A DNA stretch of 64,000 bases from an uncultured Spirochaetota bacterium. GTDB lineage: Bacteria > Spirochaetota > Spirochaetia > SZUA-6 > Fen-1364. The notes below the pieces were generated by a model. It did not search any database. It worked only from the letters and a program-made list of their open reading frames with translations, and was not told where the DNA came from. Positions within the stretch are counted from its first letter, which is position 1. Every line of letters starts with the position of its first letter. Of the stretch, positions 30,750 through 41,927 are shown piece by piece. Location of the stretch: contig CAVUXE010000097.1 in assembly GCA_963745235.1 (NCBI GenBank), forward strand, positions 1 through 64,000, in the 5' to 3' direction. A program made the translations under genes and the position numbers.

Positions 30750-31840
30750 ACGGCACTCCTTGCCCCGCGCACGCACTCCTGCAGGCGGGAGGCAATCTGG
30801 TCCAGGGGGAGCACGTCATGGGCGTCCCCGTTCTGAACCACCTCCTTGTTCATCCCATAGATGACCGAGGTGGCCTTGTCCTGCGCGATGACCCGGCCGC
30901 CGCGCGCCCGCAGCTCGCGCAGGCCTTCCGAGCCGTCCTTGCCCATGCCGGTCATGATGACCCCGACCGCGCGCGGGCCGTACTCCCGGGCCACGGACCG
31001 CATGAGGACATCGACGGAGGGACGATGCCCGTTGACGGAGTCTGCCTGGTTGAGAAGGACGCGCGGCTCGACGCCGGCGCGGCTGACGGTCATGTGCCAG
31101 TTGCCCGGGGCAATGAGCACGCAGCCCGCGAGGATGGGGTCACCGTTTTCCGCCTCTTTCACTCTCAGCGCGCAGCAAGCGTTCAGCCTGTCCGCAAAGG
31201 CCTTCGTAAACACGGGCGGCATGTGCTGCACAACCACGAGGCCAACGGGAAAGTCGGGCGGCAGCTGCGTGAGGACCGTCTTCAAGGCAACGGGCCCGCC
31301 CGTCGATGTGCCGATGGCCACGAGGTCCAGCCCGTCCCCATCGACGGGAAGCGCCGACGCAACGGACGGTGCGGGCGGCTGCGAGGCGGCGGCTTGGCGA
31401 GCCTCGAGCGGGGTGCCGAGGCTCGCCTGTGGTGCCGTGGCCATGACAATACGGGCAGCGTCCCTGACCTTCTCCGTCAGCTCCCGCGCGACGGCCGGGA
31501 TCCCCCCGGAAAGCGAGTTGGAGGGCTTGAGGACAAAATCCACGGCCCCGGCCTCCAGGGCCTGCAGCGTGAGATCAGCCCCTTTCTGGGCATGAGCGCT
31601 CATGACGATGATGGGCGTGGGCCGCGCGGCCATGATCCGGCGGATTGCCTCCAACCCGCCCATGCCGGGCATTTCGAGGTCAAGGGTGATCACGTCGGGT
31701 CGTTCCCGATCCAGCTTTGCCAGGGCAAACTCCGCGTTGGCCGCCGTTGCGGCGACGGTGATTTCCGGATCCGCGGAGAGGATGTCCGTGGCTATCCTGC
31801 GAACGAGGGCCGAATCGTCGACGACCATGACGCGGATCAC
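30746..31840 (-). CDS. cheB: Chemotaxis methylesterase CheB (REC + esterase)
   Basis: VIRVMVVDDS, LDLEMP, GTSTGG, VQHMP, TGMGKDG; the GTG start overlaps the cheR TGA. Confidence 0.94.
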   Translation of the reverse strand: MIRVMVVDDSALVRRIATDILSADPEITVAATAANAEFALAKLDRERPDVITLDLEMPGMGGLEAIRRIMAARPTPIIVMSAHAQKGADLTLQALEAGAVDFVLKPSNSLSGGIPAVARELTEKVRDAARIVMATAPQASLGTPLEARQAAASQPPAPSVASALPVDGDGLDLVAIGTSTGGPVALKTVLTQLPPDFPVGLVVVQHMPPVFTKAFADRLNACCALRVKEAENGDPILAGCVLIAPGNWHMTVSRAGVEPRVLLNQADSVNGHRPSVDVLMRSVAREYGPRAVGVIMTGMGKDGSEGLRELRARGGRVIAQDKATSVIYGMNKEVVQNGDAHDVLPLDQIASRLQECVRGARSAV

Positions 31841-32704
31841 GATTCTGCCTCCTTCTTCATGCGGTAGATGGGCGCCTTGAAAGAAGCCATGTAGCGAAAC
31901 TTCCTGCTGAAGCCGCTCAGGGACTCCGAATGACCGATGAACAGGTATCCCATCCGGATCAAGGGCGTCGGCGAACACCTCATCCACGAGCTTCGTCTGG
32001 GTAGCCTTGTTGAAGTAGATCATCACGTTGCGGCAGAAGATGATCTCGAACGGTCCGCCGGGGAGAGGGTCCGTGAACAGGTTGTGCACCCGGAAATCCA
32101 CGCTGTCGCGCATCTCCTGGTTGATCTGGCGGGCCCCGTTGACGGCCCGCAGGAAATAGCGCTCCAGCGTGGCTTCCGGGACAAGACGCAGCGCGCGCTC
32201 GAAGTACACGCCGTTTCTGGCCCGGGCGATGGCCGCCGTGCTGATGTCCGTGCCGACGATGCTGACCTGCGCGCCGGGCTGGCCGCACTCCTCGACGGCC
32301 TCGTTGACGACGATCCGCAGCGTGTACACCTCCTCCCCCGTGGAGCATCCCGCGCTCCAGATGCGCACGCGCCGCTTGCGCCGCAGCAACTCGGGGAGAA
32401 TGGTCTTTCCGAGCACGTTGAAATGGTTGATCTCACGGAAGAAGTACGTCTCGTTCGTGCTCACCGCGTCTATGAAGTTATGCAGCTCCTCGTCTCCGGC
32501 GGCGCCGGAGACGAGCACGCGGTAGTACTCCTCGTAGGAGGAAAGATGCAGGGCCGCCAGGCGTTTTCGGAGGCGGTTGGAAATGAGGATCTGCTTCCCG
32601 TCGCGCATGTGGATGCCGGTCTTCTCGAAGATGAGCGTCCGAAACTCGTTGAAAGTCTCATCCGAGATGACGGGAAGCCCCAGGGTCCCGAGCTGGGTGT
32701 TCAC
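31837..32704 (-). CDS. cheR: Chemotaxis methyltransferase CheR, 1-nt insertion near 31950
   Basis: TNETYFFRE, WSAGCSTGEE, GTDIS, IFCRNVMIYF. The shifted frame restores GYLFIGHSES and a stop at 31837. Confidence 0.92.
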
Positions 32705-33186
32705 GAGCGTGCTCCGGCGGGAAGGACGGGGCTCAGCGTGTGGACCGAGACCTCTCCGCTTTGGTTGTTGAAGACCACGGTCCTCCCCCGGGTGCCGCCG
32801 GTATCCTCGAAGACTATGGGCACGTCCGCGTCATCCAGGACCTTGCGCGCCGCGGAGACATTCTGGTCCCCGATGGACCCGATCCCGCCTGACGCCAGGG
32901 GGAACATCTTGGCACCGCCAATGAGGTATGCCTGCAGGGACGACGGATGGCTTCCGCTGCCGGTCAGCATGGCAAGCAGCGCCGGAATGGCGGTGTCCGC
33001 GTATTTGCCGATGGCCGAGTCGGTTCGCGTGCTGCGGGGAAGCATCACGTGCGCAAGGCCGCTGATCCGTTTCACGGGGTCATGCAGGATCACCCCGACG
33101 CAGGAGCCAAGGATCGTCTTGAGGCAGTGCGAGTCCCGCACCATGCCCATCTCTGCCATCCGTACGCTCACGATTTCTCCTGCCAT
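32701..33186 (-). CDS. cheD: Chemoreceptor glutamine deamidase CheD
   Basis: LGSCVGV, GLAHVMLP, KYAD, GGAKMF, DTGGTRGR. Confidence 0.93.
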   Translation of the reverse strand: MAGEIVSVRMAEMGMVRDSHCLKTILGSCVGVILHDPVKRISGLAHVMLPRSTRTDSAIGKYADTAIPALLAMLTGSGSHPSSLQAYLIGGAKMFPLASGGIGSIGDQNVSAARKVLDDADVPIVFEDTGGTRGRTVVFNNQSGEVSVHTLSPVLPAGARS

Positions 33187-33187
33187 G

Positions 33188-33907
33188 CTACCCCGCCCCG
33201 CCTGTCGATGGCTCCGCTTCGAGTGCGTTCATGAGTTTCTTCAGGGAGTCAGGCTCCAGGAAGAGCACGAGGTGACAGACCACGTTTTCCGTCCCCGAGC
33301 CGTAGATGACGGCCTCGGTGATCAGGATCTCGTCACCAGGCTGGTTGAAATGGGCCAGGACGGAATCAATGACGGGAAGGCACATGTCCACGCTGATCTC
33401 CGGCACACCGGGGGCAACCATGAGGCCCGTGCTGTCCGCCATGGTGTTGATGAAGCTCGCGGAAAGGATGTTGCCCATTTCGCACATTGCGGACAGGTCG
33501 ACGTTCGATAGCTCCGTGGTGGTCCCGACCGGCCGCCCGTGGACCAGGTCTTCCATCTCGAGGAGGTTGTTGAAGGGGAGGACCAGCAGGATACCGCCGC
33601 GCAGGTCTCCCTGCACTTCGATGTAGATCCCTCCGACCGAGGCTTCGTCCCCGCCCATGGTCTCCCCGACCTGCCCGATCGGGATGAGACGCGACTCGGG
33701 GAAGCTCACACGGATCTCGCGCCCCGTGAACTGGGAAAGAGACATTGAAGCCTGGATGGCGCTCGTATTGTTCACCACTTCGAGTGGGGTGCCCTGGCTG
33801 TAGATCACCTTGCGGGCAAGCTCATCCAGCTCTGTGACCTCCGCCGCGGGCTCGCGAGGGGGCTCTTTCGCGGCGGGAGAATCAGGCAAGGGCGCTGCCG
33901 GCTCCAC
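33188..33907 (-). CDS. cheC: CheC phosphatase domain (probably the C-terminal part of a CheA-CheC fusion)
   Basis: EVVN and SAMCEMGNIL active-site motifs; the N-terminus is a Pro/Ala linker with no RBS. Confidence 0.85.
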   Translation of the reverse strand: MEPAAPLPDSPAAKEPPREPAAEVTELDELARKVIYSQGTPLEVVNNTSAIQASMSLSQFTGREIRVSFPESRLIPIGQVGETMGGDEASVGGIYIEVQGDLRGGILLVLPFNNLLEMEDLVHGRPVGTTTELSNVDLSAMCEMGNILSASFINTMADSTGLMVAPGVPEISVDMCLPVIDSVLAHFNQPGDEILITEAVIYGSGTENVVCHLVLFLEPDSLKKLMNALEAEPSTGGAG

Positions 33908-36011
33908 GGGGGAGCGGCAGCTGCCTGGGCGGGTGCAGGCGCTGCCGGCTGCGGGAGAGAAGGGCGAGGGGCGGCAGGCGTGGGAGCTGCCGGCTCCGCG
34001 TACCTGGCCTCGATGTCGATGCTTCCCTTGCGGCCCGGTCTCCCGTTGGTCCCCTCGTGGTAGTGCTGGCTGACCAGGGTTTCCACGTCCACAATGAGGG
34101 CGATCTTCCCGTTTCCCAGGATGGAGGCGCCGATCAGGCCGTCGATCTCGCGGTAGTGGCGGCTCAGGCTCTTGATGACGACCTCACGGGTCCCGATGAT
34201 CTTCTCCACCTCCAGGCCAACCTTGCGGCCCTCGAAATCGACCACCACGACAGGCATGCCTTCGTGGGCGGGCTCCTGCTCCATCTTCGCGCCGTCACGC
34301 AGGGCGCTGCCCAGGTGAACGAGCGCGAGGACCTCCTCTCGCAGCAGGATGACCCTCCGGCCTCCGACGCTCTTCAGCGCGTCCAGCCGGATCTTGAGGA
34401 TCTCCCGCACGGAGGAAAGCGGTATGGCGAAGGTAGCGGCATCCACTTCCACGAGCACGGCGGTAATGATTGCCATGGTGAGCGGCAGGGTGATGGTGAT
34501 CGTGGTTCCGACGTGCGCGGTTGAGCGCACCCGAAGCGTCCCGCTCATTTCCTCCACCGCGGCCTTGACCGCATCCATTCCGACTCCCCTGCCGGAGATG
34601 TCGGAAATGCGTGTCGCCGTGCTGAATCCAGGAAGGAAAATGAATCCCAGGATCCTTTCCGTGCTGGCCCGCGGCGCTTCTTCAGGGGTCAGGAGCCCTT
34701 TCTCCAGGGCCTTGCTCAGGATTGCGTCCCGGTCCAGTCCGCTGCCGTCGTCGGAGACTTCAATGCAGATGTGATCTCCGTCCTGGTATGCGCCCAGCCG
34801 TACCCGGCCTTCGGGGCTCTTTCCGGCGGCTCGTCGCTCTTCCGGGGTCTCGATGCCGTGATCAACCGCGTTGCGGATGAGATGCACGAGGGGCTCACCG
34901 ATGCGGTCGATCACTTTCTTGTCGATCTCCGTTTCCTCCCCGAAAATCTCCAGGGAAACCGCCTTGCGGCTGGCCTTCGAAAGGTCCCGCACCACCCGGT
35001 TGAACCGGTTGAACACTGCGGCGATGGGAAGCATCCGCGCCTTCATGATGCCTTCCTGCAGGTCCCGGGTGATGGCGGACAGGGCCTCGGTCTTCTGCTC
35101 CAGGTCATAGATGAAGGGAGTCTTCCCGTACTGCTCGCGCAGCTGCTGCGCGACAGCCACGAAGCCCGAGTTGTGAATGACGAGCTCGCCGACCAGGTTG
35201 AGAAGCGTATCGAGCTTCAAGACAGAGACTCGCACAACCTCGTCCAGGTGGGATGGCTTCGCGGCCCGCTGCTCGACGGCCGCGGAGGCAGCCTCCGCCG
35301 CGGGCGGCTCGCCGTCGGGTGCAAGGGTCACCGTCACCTGGTCGACGTTGATGGAGCCGGGGATGGAGCCGGGGTCTGCGGCCGTCTCCAGGGTGACGGA
35401 GTAGGAGAACGGGCCGGCGCTGTCTTTGAGCGTCTCCGGGGAAGGATCCACCGCAAGGATCCTGCCCGCGCGCTCGAGCCTGTTCTTGACGATGAACGAC
35501 CTCAGGTACGCTTCCCGGGCAACGCCCTCTATGCGGACGGTGAGCCGGCAGGTCGAAACGGGCCCGGCCGCCGGGTCGGGGAGACCGCGGCGGAAGGGGC
35601 GTCCTGCGCGGGGCTTTCCTGCTCCTCTCCCGCCGGGCGGATGGCGGCCAGGCGGGAGAGGAAGTCACTCGTGTCGATGTCTGCGTCCCGCTCCTCGGTG
35701 AACGCGTCGATCATGGATCGACAGAGGTCGAGACCCTCGAAGAGAAACGAGGCGGCCGTGGCGTCGAGGAGGCCGGTTCCTTCACGCACCTGCTGGAGGG
35801 ACGACTCCAGGTCGTGGGCCAGTCTCGCAAGCGCGTCGTAGCCGATGAATCCCGCTGACCCCTTCATCGTATGGATGGCGCGGAACATCCGGTTGATCTG
35901 CTCGCCATCCTGAGGGTTTTTTTCCAGGGCAAGGAGGCTCTCCTCCCACTCCCGGAGCTGGTCGGCGGCCTCTTCGCAGAATATTGTTCTGTATTCCGCC
36001 TTCACTTCCAT
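33805..36011 (-). CDS. cheA: Chemotaxis histidine kinase CheA, frameshift near 35550-35575
   Basis: Hpt FRAIHTMKGSA; LDTLLNLVGELVI; HLIRNAVDHGIE; SGRGVGMD; CheW-like P5 domain. Confidence 0.93.
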
Positions 36012-36027
36012 GAATATTCCTCCGGCT

Positions 36028-36558
36028 TCACGTCTCGGTCAGCACGTCCTCGAAGATGCCTGTTTCGTTGAGAGTTTCCTTCTCCTCCACCGCGATGCTG
36101 ATCTCGATGGGCCCGTATTGCGTGATCAGGCCCAGAACCAGCGCGGGCTTGGGCACCAGGTGGATGCTGAGATTGTCCCCCGCGGCGATGGCCGGCGTCG
36201 TGATGTTCAGGACCTGGTCCTGCTTCTGGTTGAGGAGCGCGGTGGCATTTCCGGTGATCATGTTGGCAACCTCCCCCAGGGAGTCCAGGAACATGATCTT
36301 TTTCTCCTGGGGAGACTTGCCCTCCAGGAGCTTGTCCACCAGCCGCTCGGCGAGCTTGCCGTCCAGGCTGTAGACGATCTGGCCCGTCAGGAACCCGTAG
36401 ATGCCGATGATGATGGATACCCCGAAGGAAGGCTCCACCTTGGGCTTGTAGGACAGGTGTCCCCGCCTCACTTCGATCCCGGCGACCTGGCTGACCACTT
36501 TCATGGCAGCTTCCACGAAAGGATTGACATGCTTCGCATTGATCTTCATGGTTGCCAT
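36028..36558 (-). CDS. cheX: Chemotaxis phosphatase CheX
   Basis: VNPFVEAA, IIGIYG, DSLGEVANMITGNA, ITTP. Confidence 0.9.
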   Translation of the reverse strand: MATMKINAKHVNPFVEAAMKVVSQVAGIEVRRGHLSYKPKVEPSFGVSIIIGIYGFLTGQIVYSLDGKLAERLVDKLLEGKSPQEKKIMFLDSLGEVANMITGNATALLNQKQDQVLNITTPAIAAGDNLSIHLVPKPALVLGLITQYGPIEISIAVEEKETLNETGIFEDVLTET

Positions 36559-36563
36559 CCTTT

Positions 36564-36926
36564 CTAGACCAGGGCCTTTTCTACTGCTGACAATATGCGT
36601 TCCGCGGTGAACGGCTTCACCACGAAATCTCTCACTCCAAGGGCAATCGAGTCCAGGAGCATCTTCTCCTGCCCGAGCGCGGTCACCATGACGATCCTTG
36701 CGTTGGGATCCGCGGCAAGGATCTCCCGGGCCGCCTGCAGCCCGTCCTTCACCTTCATGGTGATGTCCATGGTCACCAGGTCGGGCTTCAGCTGGTTGTA
36801 CTTCTGCACCGCCTCGGCTCCATTTGTCGCTTCTCCGCAGATCTGGAAGCCGCGCGGAGTCAGCGTGTCTTTGACGATCATGCGCATGAAGTTCGCATCA
36901 TCGACAACGAGAACTCTTTTCGCCAT
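36564..36926 (-). CDS. cheY: Chemotaxis response regulator CheY
   Basis: VLVVDDANFMR, PDLVTMDITM, VTALGQ, FVVKPF; GGAGG RBS. Confidence 0.9.
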   Translation of the reverse strand: MAKRVLVVDDANFMRMIVKDTLTPRGFQICGEATNGAEAVQKYNQLKPDLVTMDITMKVKDGLQAAREILAADPNARIVMVTALGQEKMLLDSIALGVRDFVVKPFTAERILSAVEKALV

Positions 36927-36972
36927 CTTTCTCCATCCTCCCTCGTGCACGAAAGTGTGCGTACTGAATGAA

Positions 36973-36989
36973 TGCAAGCAGCGTGCCAA
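36973..36989 (-). promoter_or_regulatory. Sigma-54 (-24/-12) promoter of the che cluster
   Basis: Minus strand TTGGCACGCTGCTTGCA matches TGGCAC-N5-TTGCA, about 46 nt upstream of cheY. Confidence 0.8.
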
Positions 36990-37116
36990 TCTCGACCATG
37001 CCGGCGCCGAAATGGACGACTACAATTACCCCAAAAACTCCAGAAATGCATGCCTTTTCAGGGCAATTGCGCACGGAGCTTCTCTATGCTGTGACAAAAG
37101 AGCGAGCCCGTGTATC

Positions 37117-37158
37117 GGCCTGGAACATCTGTTCCAGGCCCTGGAACAGCGTGGAACA
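37117..37158. promoter_or_regulatory. Candidate upstream activating sequences for a sigma-54 activator
   Basis: Palindrome GGCCTGGAACA-TC-TGTTCCAGGCC plus two more TGGAACA copies, about 130-170 bp upstream of the -24/-12 box. Confidence 0.6.
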
Positions 37159-38536
<1,378 letters not shown>

Positions 38537-38545
38537 CTGCGCCGA

Positions 38546-38929
38546 TCACTCCTTCCTCGAAGAGGCGCGGTTGATGTGGCCGGCAATCTCCGCCAGGAAC
38601 TCCTTCGTGGAAAGGGGCTTGGGGATGAAGCCGTCACAGCCGGCTCGCGCCGCTCTCTCCGCGTCTTCCTTCCGGGCCTGGGCGGTGAGCGCAACCACGG
38701 GGACGGCGCGCGTGGCTTCCTGCGTCTTCAGGATCCGCGTGGCCTCCAGCCCGTCCATACCGGGGAGCGCGATGTCCATGAGGACCAGGTCAGGGGACCG
38801 TGCGGTGGCCAGGGCGATGCCGGTCTCAGCCGTCGGCGACGTGATGACTTCGTAGCCCTCACGCTCGAGGAGGATCACAATGAGATTCGTTATGACTTGA
38901 TCGTCTTCGACCAGGAGAATTCGCTTCAT
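38546..38929 (-). CDS. Single-domain response regulator (DivK-like)
   Basis: ILLVEDD, LMDIALPGMDG, ALTA, GCDGFIPKP. Confidence 0.9.
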   Translation of the reverse strand: MKRILLVEDDQVITNLIVILLEREGYEVITSPTAETGIALATARSPDLVLMDIALPGMDGLEATRILKTQEATRAVPVVALTAQARKEDAERAARAGCDGFIPKPLSTKEFLAEIAGHINRASSRKE

Positions 38930-39047
38930 CTCAGGCAAGACATAGTATGCATCAAGGCAGGTCCAAATGCAAAAAGATTCTCGAGGAGGCGGACAGCTCG
39001 CCGTTCGGCGGGAAAAGGAGGTACCTTCGGGAACGGGGGGCAGCAGA

Positions 39048-39585
39048 ATGAAGAAGATCGTCGCCCTGGTTGATGAGGTCTACGAGGACCTGGAGCTATG
39101 GTACCCGCGGATCCGGCTCGAAGAGGAGGGATGGAAGGTCGTGGTTGCAGGCCCGGAAAAGGGCCGGGAGTACCACGGGAAGCACGGCTACCCGTGCAGG
39201 CCGGAGGCTCGCCATTGATGCCATCGAAGCGTCTGAGTTCGACGCGCTCCTGGTCCCCGGCGGCTTCGCGCCGGACAAGCTGCGCCGTATCGAGCACGTC
39301 AAGAGCCTTGTGCGGGATTTCAACGCTGATGGCAAGCTGATTGCCTTCATCTGCCACGCGGGCTGGGTCCTCATCTCCGCGGGCATCCTGCGCGGACGTC
39401 GGGCAACCAGCACCGTCGGAATCCGTGATGACATGCTCAACGCGGGGGCCATCTGGCTCGACGAGCCCCTCGTGGTGGACGGCAACCTCGTGAGCTCCCG
39501 CACGCCGGCGGATCTCCCCCAGTTCGGCCAGGGCATGGTCCAGTGGCTGAAGCAGGGCAGGCTGGTAGGCGCCCCGCGGGCATAA
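39048..39585 (+). CDS. PfpI/DJ-1 family protease/deglycase, frameshift near 39205
   Basis: YEDLELWYP, GKHG, VPGGFAPDKLR, ICHAGW, SSRTPADL. Confidence 0.88.
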
Positions 39586-39614
39586 AAAAAGCGGCCGATG
39601 CGTGCATGGGCCGC
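39584..39614 (-). terminator. Rho-independent terminator
   Basis: GCGGCC/GGCCGC stem followed by T7 on the minus strand, between convergent genes. Confidence 0.6.
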
Positions 39615-39633
39615 TGCAACATTTCCTGCCCGG

Positions 39634-40187
39634 CTACTGCAAGGCCAGAGTTGTCGTGTTTCGGTAGCTGTGATACTGCGTGAAGGAATCCTGGTCTCCC
39701 ATCGCAAAGATCACGTCCAGAGATGACTGGCCACCTTTGACATAGGCCCCGGCTTTCAGGGCGACCTCCAGCGTCGTCTTCCCTCCTGCCTGCTTCATCG
39801 CGTACGACACCAGGGTGTCGGCGACATCGGAAGGCGCGTCGGAGTGGCGATGGCCTTTGCCGAGCTGCGGCTTGAAGGTGACTTTCCCGTCCTTGACGAA
39901 CCCCATAAATATGTCGGCGCCGTCCATTCTTGGTGATCCCAGCCCGACGGCGACCCACCCGGTCGTGTTTGCAACCACTGCGAGATACAGGGTCGTGGCG
40001 GTGCGACTTGCGTACAAGGTCATCTGCTGGTCGAAGTCCTGCGAATAGCCATATTCGCCGGCCTGATCACCCCGTCAACGGAGGGCTTGCGGGTGCCGAC
40101 CCCCAGCTTCCCCTGCGCAAATGCCGTGGCGCCGGCGCTCATGAGGAGCACCACCATTGCCGCTGCCATGACTCGCAATTTGTTCAT
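39634..40187 (-). CDS. Secreted DOMON-domain protein, frameshift near 40055
   Basis: Signal peptide MNKLRVMAAAMVVLLMSAGATAFA; TGWVAVGLG..MDGADIFMG and a C-terminal His typical of DOMON. Confidence 0.75.
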
Positions 40188-40272
40188 TGTGCTCAGTCTC
40201 TCCTTTCAGGGTAAGATAATGACCGACGGAACGGCACGGCAACCAATCGAGAATCCGGTCTCGAAAGCGCGG

Positions 40273-41121
40273 TCAGCCTGCGGCGAACTGGCCCGAGAAA
40301 TAGTCGTGAACATATTCGATGCGCTTGAGCAGATTGTCGGTGACGGTCTTTGCCAGGTCCGCATGATCCGGCTGGAAACGGAGACATCCCTTGCACAGCT
40401 CGAGGAGCATCTTGCGTCCGACGCGGGCGAAGGAGCCGAGGCGCATGTCGAAGAACTCCATGGCAAAGCCCTGGAAATGCTCCACCTTCAGCGGCGTGAG
40501 GCAGCGCGTCTTTTCGATCCTCTCCCACCCGAACGACTCCGAGCGGCCTTTGATCTTCGTGCCGGGGAACAGCAGGTCAACGTTCGAGAAATCGATGGCA
40601 ATCAGCACCTGGTCTCCGCGCGACGTCCGGCGGATCATGTAGTTGTTGGGGTTCCTGTCCTCGTCGCAATAGATCCAGCGGTTCACGAGGTCCAGGATCA
40701 GCTGCTCCTTGAGCTGCGGGATGTCAGTGTAGCTGGTCCCGCTGAGATGCTCCGTCTTGGTGATGATCTTCGCGGCCTTGTACAGCTTCCCCCCGATGCG
40801 GGTGACCGCGGTCGGCGCGGATATGGTCTTCGTGAAAAAATCCAGGAAGAAACAGATTGACCCCATTGCGGCGCCAAGCGCGTCCTCTTCGGAGACCTGC
40901 TTCACGATCCAGCGGTTCTCCGGGTCCGCTTTCTCCGCCGCACCAACGTAGTCCCTCACCTCGGCAAAGAAGGGAACCTTCATCCCCGCGTCAATGGTCA
41001 GGAAATCATCTGCAAGGAAGCGCTCCAGCACCTCGGGGTACGTCATGTCCGCGTACAGGAGGTGAACGAGGTCCGGGTCGTGGAGAAAACCTGCAACGTC
41101 CGTATAGTCGAAATAGCTCAT
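40273..41121 (-). CDS. HipA/PI3-PI4-kinase-like atypical kinase
   Basis: WIVK (beta3 Lys), DEDRNPNNYMI catalytic loop, IAIDFS metal-binding Asp. Confidence 0.55.
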   Translation of the reverse strand: MSYFDYTDVAGFLHDPDLVHLLYADMTYPEVLERFLADDFLTIDAGMKVPFFAEVRDYVGAAEKADPENRWIVKQVSEEDALGAAMGSICFFLDFFTKTISAPTAVTRIGGKLYKAAKIITKTEHLSGTSYTDIPQLKEQLILDLVNRWIYCDEDRNPNNYMIRRTSRGDQVLIAIDFSNVDLLFPGTKIKGRSESFGWERIEKTRCLTPLKVEHFQGFAMEFFDMRLGSFARVGRKMLLELCKGCLRFQPDHADLAKTVTDNLLKRIEYVHDYFSGQFAAG

Positions 41122-41148
41122 TCCCTGTGCTCCCGTCTCGTCAAGAAC

Positions 41149-41262
41149 GAAGCGCCGTGGCGCACCATCTCTTTTTGAAGGGCCTTCACGTTGTCCGCTT
41201 TTCGTGTGCTGGTTTTTGGCAAGGGATGCTCTCCAGGGATGGTTTCCGCCTCGGGGCGCCCC
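41149..41262 (-). ncRNA. Candidate structured RNA (long interrupted hairpin; cis-leader or 6S-like)
   Basis: Nested pairings GGGGCGCC/GGCGCTTC, GGCG/CGCC, ACCATC/GATGGT and TGGAGAGC/GCCCTTCA, downstream of TTGACA-17-CACTAT (41292-41264). Confidence 0.25.
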
Positions 41263-41325
41263 CATAGTGGTGAGGAATCAGGGGAATGTCAACGCGGAGA
41301 GGCGGGAAGGTCCCCGCGCGCGGAG

Positions 41326-41910
41326 TCAGGACTGCGGCTGGAGGTAGTCGGGGGTATTGCCGGGCTTCCACTTGATGCCGCAGCCAATGCTCGGTCTCTG
41401 CTCGCCCGCCACGGGCCTGCCGGCCAGTGTCGCATCCAGGGCGCGGCGGAGATCCTCCCCGGTGACCGCAATGGAGTTGCCCGGCCTGCTTCCGTCCATC
41501 TGGCCGCGATAGACGAGCTTTCGCTGCGCGTCGAAGAGAAAGAACTCCGGCGTGCATGCCGCGTGATACCCCCGTGCGACCTCCTGGCTTTCATCGTAGA
41601 GGAAGGGGAAAGTGTAGCCGATCTCTCGGGCCACTTTTGCCATGGCCTCGGGTCCGTCATCGGGATGACTGGCAACGTCATTGGAGCTGATGCCCACCAC
41701 GGCCACGCCCCGTGCCTGGTAGTCTTTCACGAGCGCCGCAAGCGGCTTTTGGACATGCTTCACGTAGGGACAGTGGTTGCACATGAAGATGACGAGGAGG
41801 GCAGGCGCTTTCCTGAAGTCTTCGAGGGAGACGATCCCTCCCCGGCACTCGGGAAGCGAAAACCCGGGCGCCGCTGTCCCCAGGGGCAGCATCGTGGATG
41901 TCACGGCCAT
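41326..41910 (-). CDS. Thioredoxin-fold redoxin (AhpC/TSA family)
   Basis: FMCNHCPYV, YDESQEVA, AACTPEFFLF, SIGCGIKW. Confidence 0.9.
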   Translation of the reverse strand: MAVTSTMLPLGTAAPGFSLPECRGGIVSLEDFRKAPALLVIFMCNHCPYVKHVQKPLAALVKDYQARGVAVVGISSNDVASHPDDGPEAMAKVAREIGYTFPFLYDESQEVARGYHAACTPEFFLFDAQRKLVYRGQMDGSRPGNSIAVTGEDLRRALDATLAGRPVAGEQRPSIGCGIKWKPGNTPDYLQPQS

Positions 41911-41927
41911 GAAAGGCTCCTTTCCCC

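Noticed and set aside
30746-32704. 652 aa CheR-CheB fusion in the ORF track
   Set aside because: Removing one base near 31950 restores the conserved CheR ending GYLFIGHSES and a TGA overlapping the cheB GTG, which has its own GGAGG RBS.
37117-37158. TGGAACA repeats as a CRISPR or tandem repeat
   Set aside because: The units are only 7 bp, with no spacers and no cas genes.
41122-41262. Known riboswitch (glycine, c-di-GMP-I, fluoride, M-box), SRP RNA or tmRNA
   Set aside because: Core consensus sequences were not found by eye; kept only as an unassigned structured RNA.
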